Assembly (NCBI GenBank): GCA_964016885.1
Contig: OZ024741.1
Location: 268,398,001-268,462,000 of the forward strand
Direction: 5' to 3'
Origin: Eledone cirrhosa
Lineage: Eukaryota
Length of the DNA: 64,000 bases
Positions 25,882 to 36,158 of this stretch are shown piece after piece (position 1 is the stretch's first letter; every line of letters begins with the position of its first letter). The notes under the pieces are model-generated. The model made no database searches, had not been told where the DNA came from, and was given only the letters and a program-made list of their open reading frames with translations. The translations under genes were made by a program, and so were the position numbers.

Positions 25882-26073
25882 TATTAAGTTGTTAAACAAT
25901 ATTCGATGATTATGTCAAAGAATGAGTTTTACAGTAGATTGGAAGCACTCAACGGTAAATAAATTTCAGGAGTTATTAATATTAAAATATAAGTATTAAT
26001 AAAATAGATGTTCTTTTGATCAATGTAATTGATCAAAAGAACATCTATTTCATTAATACTTATATTTTAATAT
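25878..26073 (-). mobile_element. Second copy of fold-back family A with a shorter hairpin and no ribozyme
   Basis: reverse complement of 13210-13358; hairpin 25979-26073 with a 3-nt loop; (TA)n on both sides. Confidence 0.75.
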
Positions 26074-26280
26074 ATATATATATATAGTATTAAGGATACT
26101 ATTTATGGTTATGTAAACCTTTTATAGTTATATATATATTATACCCTAAATAGTGAAAGACAGTAATTTATTACTATCTTATTACCAGTAAGATAAATAG
26201 CTCAATTTAACAACATCAGTTGTTTTACAGAGCAGTTATATAGAGATTACATGAAACAAAGTTCTGTTTAAATCATTTAT

Positions 26281-26329
26281 TTGCTTACAATTGTTTCTTC
26301 CAAACCGAGGTTTGGAGTCTTCGGAGCAA
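26281..26329 (-). ncRNA. Minimal hammerhead ribozyme (U4C variant) in an inverted-repeat element 26241-26557 (family E)
   Basis: minus: ttgct CCGAAGA ctccaaac-ctcg-gtttggaa GAAA caattg TA agcaa; stem I 5 bp, stem II 7 bp, palindromic stem III. Confidence 0.6.
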
Positions 26330-26552
26330 TTATTCAGTGATTTTTAACATACTTGACCTCCTTTTCAACACAAGAGACATATAGAAACATATGTATATAT
26401 TGACCCACAGTGGGTTGACATCCATTATAATAATATAGCATGGTAATTCACATACAAAGATTACAGTCATATTAAAGGACAAAATTAAAGTTAATTTGGA
26501 AGAAACAATTGTAAGCAAATAAATGATTTAAACAGAACTTTGTTTCATGTAA

Positions 26553-26588
<36 letters not shown>

Positions 26589-26711
26589 ACCAAAGATTAA
26601 TATGGTTCATTGATTACTCAATGAATATAGTTTTACAATAGATAAAAACCACTCTACAACGAATTTTTCTGGAGTTATTAATAAATGAAGACGTTCACAT
26701 AATCAAAATAT

Positions 26712-26780
26712 ATGTTTTATTATATATATTTCGGAGGTACTGTGCTCTTTTTTCAGTACGTCCTCGTCAGATAAAATACA
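26712..26780 (-). ncRNA. Minimal type-I hammerhead ribozyme (family B, element about 26587-26845)
   Basis: minus: ttttat CTGACGA ggacgtactg-aaaaaagagca-cagtacctcc GAAA tatata TA ataaaa; stem II 9 of 10 bp, stem I 6 bp. Confidence 0.75.
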
Positions 26781-26882
26781 TGAATTGATGTATGGCATAC
26801 CTCAACTGTCTTGATGGTTCAATTCCAGTATTGGCAGTCATATATATATATATAACCAAATTAAAAGGTATATGTTTATATA

Positions 26883-26990
26883 CTCAATAGACTTTATCTA
26901 GAGCCATAATAACCAAATTAAAAGATATATGTTTATATAAACATATATCTTTTAATTTGGTTATTATGGCTCTAGATAAAGTCTATTGAG
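26883..26990. repeat. Perfect 108-bp palindrome
   Basis: ctcaatagac...gtttat|ataaac...gtctattgag, no mismatch seen, no loop. Confidence 0.9.
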
Positions 26991-27046
26991 CTTACTTATC
27001 AAGAAACACAAAATTCTAAACATATTTATGTTTTGATTCATCATTT

Positions 27047-27188
27047 ATAATATATTTGAATGTATAGGAAAAACAAACGACTAGGCGTGAAGTATAGATT
27101 AGGAGTGAAGAATTTAATCAAATTCTTCTCTTCTAATCTGTACTTCACGCCTAGTCGTTTGTTTTTCCTATACATTCAAATATATTAT
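27047..27188. repeat. Near-perfect palindrome of about 142 bp
   Basis: arms ...gactaggcgtgaagta...gaagaattt / aaattcttc...tacttcacgcctagtc..., 4-nt loop. Confidence 0.85.
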
Positions 27189-27369
27189 TACTCCGTGATC
27201 TTCCAGCTTGATACAGTACTTTGATCTCTCTTTTTGGACTATTACCGTACCTCATTCAAAGACCATGTTGAGAAAAATACTTGGTTAAGCAATCTTATTT
27301 TTGTTGGTACACTGATCTACAAAAACAAATTTTATCCGTACATATCTTCATACACACACATACATACAT

Positions 27370-27948
27370 ACATGGTGACTGCCAACTCGTTTTCGAGTAC
27401 GGCCACTACGTTATATCCATGTAGGAGAACCCCTACCGATGCGCTGAACGAGTGTGACTTTTTAGTCCAGCCAGCGACTTGAAAACTCTGGTACAAACAC
27501 TACACTTGTGACAATTATTGACACATAGTGCTGGGCCCATGGTACCATGTGACGACAAGTGCAGAGAGATCTCCAGATATAAAGCAATGCCTGTGCCGTG
27601 AAGCTTTTATAGTGAGCAAAGGCACTGCACAAAGCCAGTCCCACTCTCTTAACCAAGATGATATTTACCAAAAAGAAGAACAAGTCAACATCATTGGATA
27701 CCATCAGGGTTGCAGGTGTTATTTCAGAGTTTTCCTTCTCCTAGAATTCTGCCATGACAAAGGCTAAGGGGTCATCTCTCCCGGTGATTTTGGATGGCCA
27801 TTGACTCTTAAGAGCTCCTTTGCCCTTTGACAGGTTTTGTTTTTAGTCCTGCAGGATGTTCAAAGTCACCCTCCTCACCAAGAAACCTTGGTGGGGTTGC
27901 CAGTTTAGTCGCCAACGACCCGACCATGAGACAGGTTGTACTGGGATA
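27370..27948 (-). mobile_element. SINE-like repeat with a Nin-domain-like block; about 80 bp duplicated at 28137-28217
   Basis: gagttttccttctcctagaattctgcc...aaggctaa resembles the Nin domain (recalled); flanked by (TACA)n. Confidence 0.45.
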
Positions 27949-27969
27949 CATACATATATATATACATAC

Positions 27970-28015
<46 letters not shown>

Positions 28016-28365
28016 CATACATATATAATATATATATATATATATACATATATAATATATATATATATATATACATACATAATATATATATATATATATA
28101 CATACATATATATATATACATACATACATAATATATAGTCAACATCATTGGATACCATCAGGGTTGCAGGTGTTATATCAGAGTTTTCCTTCTAGAATTC
28201 TGCCTTGACAAAGGCTAATACATACATACATACATACATACATACATACAGTGATAATAATAAATTTGAAGATTAAAATCCAAAGAGGGCTCGATAAGGA
28301 TAAGTATATATCAAATATATAAGAACAAGGTGGATTCTTTGCTTAAACTTTAATCTGTTATTTTA

Positions 28366-28406
<41 letters not shown>

Positions 28407-29669
28407 ATCAAACTTTTTATCATCATATAACGAATATATAAGATTAAATAGAAGTACATATAATCAATTAATTATTGCTAGGAAGCTTATAAATATGATA
28501 TACAAAAATATACAATCAAAGTGAGATCAATTCAACAACACTGAGTGCGTCAATCGGTCATATCGAGTGATTGCGAGGCTAAGGTGCTGAAACAGCCAAG
28601 TACTTTCACGAGCATCACCTGATACCTGGGTAAGGTGGGCCGATGACGAGGACTTCGCTGTCAGCGGTCCAGCTCCCCCAAACGTCTCGAACGCCACAGA
28701 CTGGAAGATATATATATATATACATTCATTTGATTTATTGATTTATTGATAATTTATCTGAGTGTCCCGAATCTTCCATATCGCAATTTTTCGGTTGTAT
28801 GGTTGATTGTAGACATATTCTACGTGTGACGGTATTTTAACGATAGTTATAGCTCTGATTTATCTGAATTATGGAGCCCTCTGCCGCTCATCTCGAATTT
28901 TGTTTATCGTGAACTCGTGCGCCGATTTTTCGATACTCGATTATTCTACTATATATATATATATATATGATAAACACAAAACGTGTTTGCATTGTAACAG
29001 ACAAAGTTAGCTATTAATGAAATAAACTAATTAAAGTGAATACAATTTGTCTGTCTCAATATAAGTCAATAAAGACAAGCTTATATTGGCAAAGGCCGTG
29101 ATTCCTGGACAAATCTAAATTTCAAAATCCAAACCCGCTCCGTAGATGAATTTGAATTTCGAAACCTAAACATGTTTCGCAACGATGGTACGCGAATTGA
29201 AAAATAAAGAGAATCGAAATGGAATTGAAATAAAAAGTGAAATATCCAAATCTTCTGTGCTTATCAACAGGAACCCAGTAAAATTAGCATATCTCACCAT
29301 CAACAAATTTTGCAGGTCTGACTACACGTGTGTCTAGCCAGGCCAAAGTAGCCGTCCCGCATTCCCGGTGCTAGAAATAACAGCCGTTTGTGCGGGATTA
29401 AAGATCAGCTCTACAGTTAAGGAGCAATATACTATATTATAATTTGAGATTAAACTCTCAGTCGTTTACAATAAATCAGCTCCAAGAAAGGGGCTTTTCC
29501 GAGCAGTTAAATATATATCTGTTAGACACGCAGTGACTAACAACAGAATGTTTTAAGTCTGCGTGTCTTGATGATGATGATTGACATACATGCGTAGCTT
29601 GTGAATAAAAAATTCAAGGGGTATCGCTGGCCGTGGTGATGCCTCCCAAACATCTTTTGTAATGTATCA

Positions 29670-29750
29670 GCTTATTGGCTAATTTCATCGTCTTATTGGC
29701 TAATCAACCAATGAGAGTAATTGTTGCTCAAAAGCATCGACCATTTTGTT
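29670..29750 (+). promoter_or_regulatory. Probable Pol II promoter: three CCAAT boxes and a YY1-like CCATTTT motif
   Basis: ATTGG at 29674 and 29695 (both cttattggctaat), CCAAT at 29708, gaCCATTTTg at about 29739; locally CpG-retaining. Confidence 0.55.
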
Positions 29751-29830
29751 TGCACGTTTATTTATCGTTTCGCTTTCGAATCTTCCTCCAGTATTTCGTC
29801 GTTTATCATCAAAATATTTTTCTTGTTTTG
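29740..29830 (+). other. Candidate non-coding first exon
   Basis: follows the CCAAT cluster and ends at the consensus donor ttttg|GTAAGT (29831); no ATG. Confidence 0.45.
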
Positions 29831-30046
29831 GTAAGTTATATTGTTAATTTATATCTGATTTTTTAAATTTATATTAACTATTAAAAGTCTGAAAATAGTT
29901 TTATACATCTTACAATAATATTTATAAGATCATTTATAAAATAATAATTATATAATCTAATTACATTACAACGATAATTTATTATTAATATATATCATGT
30001 TTAACTAGAGTTATTACAAGCATTGCCTTAAAAAAAATATTAAACC

Positions 30047-30486
30047 AGACCTGAAAAATGCACAAGCTCAAAAGAGCCACAGAATGTTATAATAAACCTT
30101 CAAAAGTGTGGGACTAGAGTTGTTGCTCAAAAATATTGTAATCATTATCTATCGTACACTTTGTGGCATCCTTTTATAAAAAAGAGACTCATAACGAACT
30201 CAAGACGACACAATAATTATTTAAGTGAATTTATAATATAGAATTCGGTTTAAGTGCATTTCGTATTAATCATTACTAAACATCTAATATGAGATATTGA
30301 ACATTAGCTTAAATAATTATCGTGTCGTCTTGAGTTCGTTATGAGTCTCTTTTTTATAAAAGGATGCCACAGAGTGTACGATAGATAATGATTACAATAT
30401 TTTTGAGCAACAACTCTAGTCCCACACTTTTGAAGGTTTATTATAACATTCTGTGGCTCTTTTGAGCTTGTGCATTTTTCAGGTCT
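30047..30486. repeat. Long inverted repeat: 179-bp arms, 82-bp spacer
   Basis: 30047-30225 vs 30308-30486, about 2 mismatches. Confidence 0.9.
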
Positions 30487-31022
30487 AGTATATGTATATA
30501 TATAACCATAGGATGACACTCAAATTCGTGAAGCGTTCCATATTTTTTGTTGTAGTGCACCCGAGCACAATAATTTCAATATTATATATGTGTGTGAGTA
30601 TGTGTATCTGCATAATAAAACTGAAGGTGTTGCGCTACAATCGCTTTGTGCTAGATTTGTTTGCAAAATGGTAGTCTGATATCTTTCTTCCCTATCCATC
30701 TCAGTGTTGACGAGCAGGTCAGTGATCAAGAGCTGCTAGCTATTGTCCTTCAGGCACTAAAAACATCTATCTGAATCTATCTAGCCATAAACTTAAGAAA
30801 ATTAACAAAGAGGGGACAAGATAATGAAGGAAAAAAACAATTTTCTAAGGGGAAGCCTTAAAAAGTTATTATTTAAAAAAATAAAAATACAAACGAAGGA
30901 CACAGAACTCGAGGGTCATCAGCCGTTGAGGTGGACTTTGGCTGTTTTGACCCCTACCAACAGTACTGTTGGTCCACCCGGGGTCACAGCATGTGACACA
31001 AGATAAATGCTGTCAAGTGGAG

Positions 31023-31741
31023 TGTAACGGAATATTATGTGTGGTTGTAACGGTAAGTGGATGGATGTAACTGTTGGTATGGTGGTTTCGATGTAAAGAA
31101 AAATACCAGGATTGTGTTGTTACAAAGTTTATTTTATTATAACAATATTCAATTTAAATATTGGATGATAAAATCAATAACACAAAATATTCATACAATA
31201 ATTTGGTGGCTCTTCGAGCCACGTAAATTCAAGTATCACAGAATATGATTATAATATAATTTGTACTGTATCAGAAAGATACAATATGTGTAAACAGAAA
31301 TGGTGCGTGTAAAAATACTGAACTCACTATGAATGCGTGTATGCGTATCAGTATATTTAATTATTTGTATTGCAGGAGTCAGCGATCAGCCAGGAAGGTG
31401 CGAATAAGTGGCAGACTGGTTTTTCGTGATGAGAGCTTGTAAATACGACTTGTCTTGTCTGTATATCACTTCTTTTCTCCTTGGAGCGTAAACAACCCCT
31501 GTATTTATAAGAGTTGAAGTTAGAAGGATAGATATATCCTCTGAACTTTGGTTAGTCTCCCAAGGGATTAGTTTTCCAAGCGTAAACAAGTCAGAAAGAT
31601 GGATATATCCTCTGACCTATTTTCTGTCAGGCGTAAACACATCTGACCTGTGTTTAGCCTCTCGAGCGTAAACAAGTTACCACGGCTAGTCCCAGAGGCG
31701 GGAAAGCTCAGATTCAGTTTCGAATCTTCGCCACCGTTATA
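31023..31741 (-). mobile_element. Solo LTR (Gypsy-like)
   Basis: termini TGTAACGG...CCGTTAtA, 4-bp TSD GGAG (31019-31022 / 31742-31745); minus-strand TATAAATA at about 31502-31509 and AATAAA at about 31127-31138. Confidence 0.7.
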
Positions 31742-32048
31742 GGAGTAAGAGATGAGAAACAAAACATTAATTTATAGCATAGACATAGATGTATAAGATA
31801 GGTAGGACAGTCATCGTAATTTAGTGCATATATGTTTGATAATCATTAAAGACAATATGGAAGAAAGTTGTTTAAATGAATGTAAAATGAAATACGTCAA
31901 TGATTGACAAGAGGGGTGGGGGAAGGAGGTCAAAGATAATTGAGGATTCGAGCATCTTTACATAGAATGTTGTAATAAAGGAATTATTACATGAAATATT
32001 TTTAATAAACCCCAGTATTTTTCATGGGTACTATGCTCATATATATAT

Positions 32049-32912
32049 ATACAAAATTTAGTACAGCATCAACGAAGCCAAGGTTTCAGCCAAGCTAATG
32101 AATGCAGTCTCGGTGTGCAGCTAAGCACTCAATAGGGTATATAACCCTAGAGTTATAACATTACGTTTAGACAGCTTTGCAAATTGAAGACAGCGACCGG
32201 CAGAAGGGCCGCAGTGACCATAGCGCCGAAAAAGACTGAACTCGGGAAAAAATTTTTGACTAACCTGGACCATCAAGTCATACACAACACATGATATAAT
32301 ATACATCACATATAATCTACAATATCTCCGCTAGGTTTCTGTAAATCCGAAATCGACAAAATCCACTTGCAGGGGTCTGCAAGTTAATGGTTTTTGGAAG
32401 ATAGAACAATGGAGTTTACTTCGTCAACAAGTTTTTCGTTCTCGTCCGCTCGGGTGTGAATGCTAGAGTAAGCGCTGCTAGCAAGCACATGGTTTTCCCA
32501 AAGAGAGGTAACCCCCGATTTTGGTGGTCAATTCAAAATTTGGAACAAAGGAATAAAATTCCTTTACACAAACCGAATTAAGCACTCGACTAGAAGTTAT
32601 CAAACAAACATAAACAATTAATCGATCAATAGAATTGTCTAATTAAATGAATCAATTAATCGTTAATTCTAGTAGATACAAAATGATACAAAATTTAGTA
32701 CAGCATCAACGAAGCCAAGGTTGCAGCCAAGCTAACGAATGCAGTCTTGGTGTGCAGCTAAGCACTCAATAGGGTATATAACCCTAGAGTTATAACATTA
32801 CGTTTAGACAGCTTTGCAAATTGAAGACAGCGACCGATAGAAGGGCCGCAGTGACCATAGCGATGAAAAAGACTGAACTCAGGAAAAAATTTTTGACTAA
32901 CCTGGACCATCA
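32049..32912. repeat. 227-bp direct repeat pair (period 637 bp), probably a partial tandem of a non-autonomous DNA or rolling-circle element
   Basis: 32049-32275 vs 32686-32912, about 8 mismatches, several at CpG; small internal hairpins. Confidence 0.75.
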
Positions 32913-33096
32913 CGTCGATATATATGTAGAAGAGATATTTAATTTGTTGGAAATCCAACAAATATAGACTTTCCAGGGATAACTTGAACCGTTAAGGTAT
33001 ATTATCCTTGGTCATGTCAAATATTTATAAAACATTTTGTATTTTATCTGATGATGAAATATAGTTTTATAAATATAGTTTCCATTTATTTAATAT

Positions 33097-33140
<44 letters not shown>

Positions 33141-33253
33141 GTTTTCATATACGAAAACATATAAAGGTAGGCGAAGAAATTTCTACAGTTTAAAATACGA
33201 GATTTATTGCAGTAAACTATCAGGCTACATACAATATTTAATCGAATGAATTC

Positions 33254-33295
<42 letters not shown>

Positions 33296-33468
33296 GTTTC
33301 TACTTTTTAGGCACAATGCCAGCAATTACCCAGTGCATTACTAGTACTTTATTTTATCGACCTCATAAGGATGAAAGGCAAAGTCAACCTCGGCGGGATT
33401 TGAACTCAGATCGTAAAGGGACGTAACTATGCTGGAAAGCATCACGTCCGACCCTCTACCGATTATAT

Positions 33469-33885
33469 AATGATATTAAATAAATGGAAACTATATTTAT
33501 AAAACCATATTCTATTATAGGGTACCAAAAACTTTGGTATGCTTTCATCGGATAAAATAAAAAAATGTGTTTTATAAATTTTGACATAGCCAAGGAAACA
33601 TACTTTATCAGGTGAATTTTCCTTGGAATTTTCCAACTGATAAGGTATGTTTCCTTGGCTATGTCAAAATTTATAAAACACATTTTGTATTTTATCTGAT
33701 GAAAGCATACCAAAGTTTTTGGTACCCTTGAAATATATATAATAGAATAAATATGGTTTTATAAATATAGTTTCCATTTATTTAATATCATTGAATATTT
33801 ACTCCGGAAACTTGTCGAGTGCTCTGAATCAGTTATAAACATTTATATTTGTTGAATTTCCAACAAATTAAATATCCCTTCTACT

Positions 33886-33888
<3 letters not shown>
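33469..33888. mobile_element. Fold-back element (family C): about 145-155-bp arms plus about 95-bp tail; second partial copy at 32922-33102
   Basis: palindrome 33469-33792; right arm has an intact hammerhead motif, left arm has lost the GAAA region. Confidence 0.7.
33688..33749 (+). ncRNA. Minimal type-I hammerhead ribozyme (family C)
   Basis: tattttat CTGATGA(33696-33702) aagcataccaaagtttttggtaccctt GAAA(33730-33733) tatata TA atagaata; stem I 8 pairs. Confidence 0.75.
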
Positions 33889-33916
<28 letters not shown>

Positions 33917-35938
33917 TGGATGGGTCCTTTCCAGCACATTCCCTTCACTCGTCGTCTCCCCTGTGAAGTTCAACGTTTTAAGATCAACTATAACCATACC
34001 AGCTCAGGTTTTTCTCAGTCATCCGATACTGCAGCTTCCTTCCACTGGCATCTCTTGGCACACCACTCAACGTTCATTGTTCATATGCATACATGTCCAT
34101 ATCACCACAGTCATCTCTATTGCATACTATAACTGATTCCTCTTATACCAGTGGGATAGCTTCAAGAGTATTGTTTTTATTTTCTTTACTATAACCTTAA
34201 GGATTACAAGCTATTCTGTTAGAAACTCAGCTACAAATTGGTTTTCAACAAGCTTCTTCATTTTATCTATTTTTATATTAACACCATTTGTTTCTCAGTA
34301 TCTTATCTTTTTTCATTTTTTATTTATTTTGTGATGTCAAAAATTTGTTGCACTCTTTACGACCTGGGCGATAACAATTCCACTGTACTAAATGAAAAGT
34401 GGTTATAACATTTTTTTTTGTTTTGTTTTAATGGCTAAAATGACTTCCATGATGAAATAGCTTCAGTTTGAATACATGATCTCAAACCGACTTACTTGTC
34501 AAGTGAATACAACTCTAAAGTGATCTCATTTTAGTTTATAATATTTCTTAAATTTATAGTTATGATGGCCAGCAAGAAAGAATAGAGTGAGGCAGAGGTT
34601 CAGATCTATTTAAAAAAGAAGATAGAAGACATAAAAGTGTTTTGAATAACTGTGCAGTTGTTACCAAACAATGTGGGCTCGCTGACAATAAAAACTGAAT
34701 AATGTAAAGGCAGTCCCCTAGAATTGACTCAGTTGAAGGAGCCACCATCTCAGATAATAACTAAATGATGGGGCTGTGCATGATACTGTATAGTTATAGT
34801 GGATAAGGGCAGTGTTAGCTACACAGTATAGTGTAAGCAGAATATAACAAAAAGTTATACCCATTGAGAAAGGAAACACTAAGGACCTGAAACTAATTGA
34901 TAATTAATGGCAATATTAAAATGGATGTGGTACAAATGGGATTTTATATTGAGAGATAACAGGTGCTGTTTTCTCAGCATAACAATTATAGAAAAGATGA
35001 CTGTTTAAAGAAAACTTATTCAACATGAGAATATGATAGTTTGCTTGAAGCATTATTGAATATGTAGAATGTATATGTGTTACAGAAGTGTTTAGCAGTA
35101 CAGACCGAACATTAAATGTCATCATCATCGTCATTTTATATCTGCTTTTGTATACTTGCATGAGTTTTCAGCACACCACCTCTCCACTCATTGTGTTCCT
35201 TCATCATGTGTGAGCTTCAGTGATTTGAGATCAACTCATCATCTCCCTAGGATTTCTTGCCAATTTTTCACCCAGCAATCATCGTCCATATGCATCACAT
35301 GTTCATACCAGCGAATTCTTCTCTGTTGCACACCACATCTGATTCCTCATAATAATAATAATAATCTCTTCTTATTTCTGGGAGGGTTGTGGGGACAGAG
35401 TCCTCAAATATGCCTCCCAGCATGTCCTGCCAGAAGCAACCGTCTCCAATTGATCTGGTTGGATCCCCAAGCAAGATCAAACAAACTCATGGATTTCATC
35501 CAACCATCTTAATTGAAGTTTACCCTTAGGTCTCCTACTGGTTGATTTTTGTCCAAGGACGTTGAAGGAGAGACAATAATATTAATAAAAATATTGAAGT
35601 GTTCATCTTCTTCATTATTATCATTATTATCAAAAGAAAGTACCAGTAATGCACTGGGTAATTGCTGGCCTTGTGCCTAAAGTAGAAACAATTATTATCA
35701 TAATTTTTACATATCCATACTTTTCAATATGTAAGAATCATATTTTACTGAGGTTTTTTTTTTCATTTTGATTACTCTGAATGTTTCTAAATGTGAAATC
35801 AGAAAATTTTATTTCACTTAATAAAATTAGTATGGCTAAAGTTTATCTTGTGTGTACATACATGATTAGGGTACCAAAATCGGATTGTATGAGCAAAATG
35901 TGGATTTTTTAGGCATAGTGTAACATCTAACCGCTTAA

Positions 35939-36158
35939 CCCTTTAGCATTCACATTATTTTATATATACTATTATATTTTCATGGTAAAGGCTTTACCTC
36001 ACATAATTATCTCACATAATATCGAATCTGTGAGATTTTGAAAGTATTTATTTTGAGAACAATACCTTAACATCAGTTTGAGCAACCAGTTACAGCCAGT
36101 TTCAACAGAAAGAGGTAGAGAATTCTGGCCAGTTTTGGCCGGTTTGAACATTAAAGGG
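35939..36158. mobile_element. piggyBac-type MITE (TTAA TSD)
   Basis: TTAA-ccctttagcattc...gaacattaaaggg-TTAA. Confidence 0.85.

Noticed and set aside
27808-28158. Tyr/Ile-rich ORFs
   Set aside because: (TA)n/(TACA)n microsatellite translation.
30905-30925. CTGATGA on the minus strand as a hammerhead (also isolated cores at about 16432, 24778, 38639, 52422)
   Set aside because: No correctly placed GAAA or pairing stems.
32049-32912. TRIM or mini LTR retrotransposon
   Set aside because: No canonical TG...CA termini, PBS, PPT or TSD.
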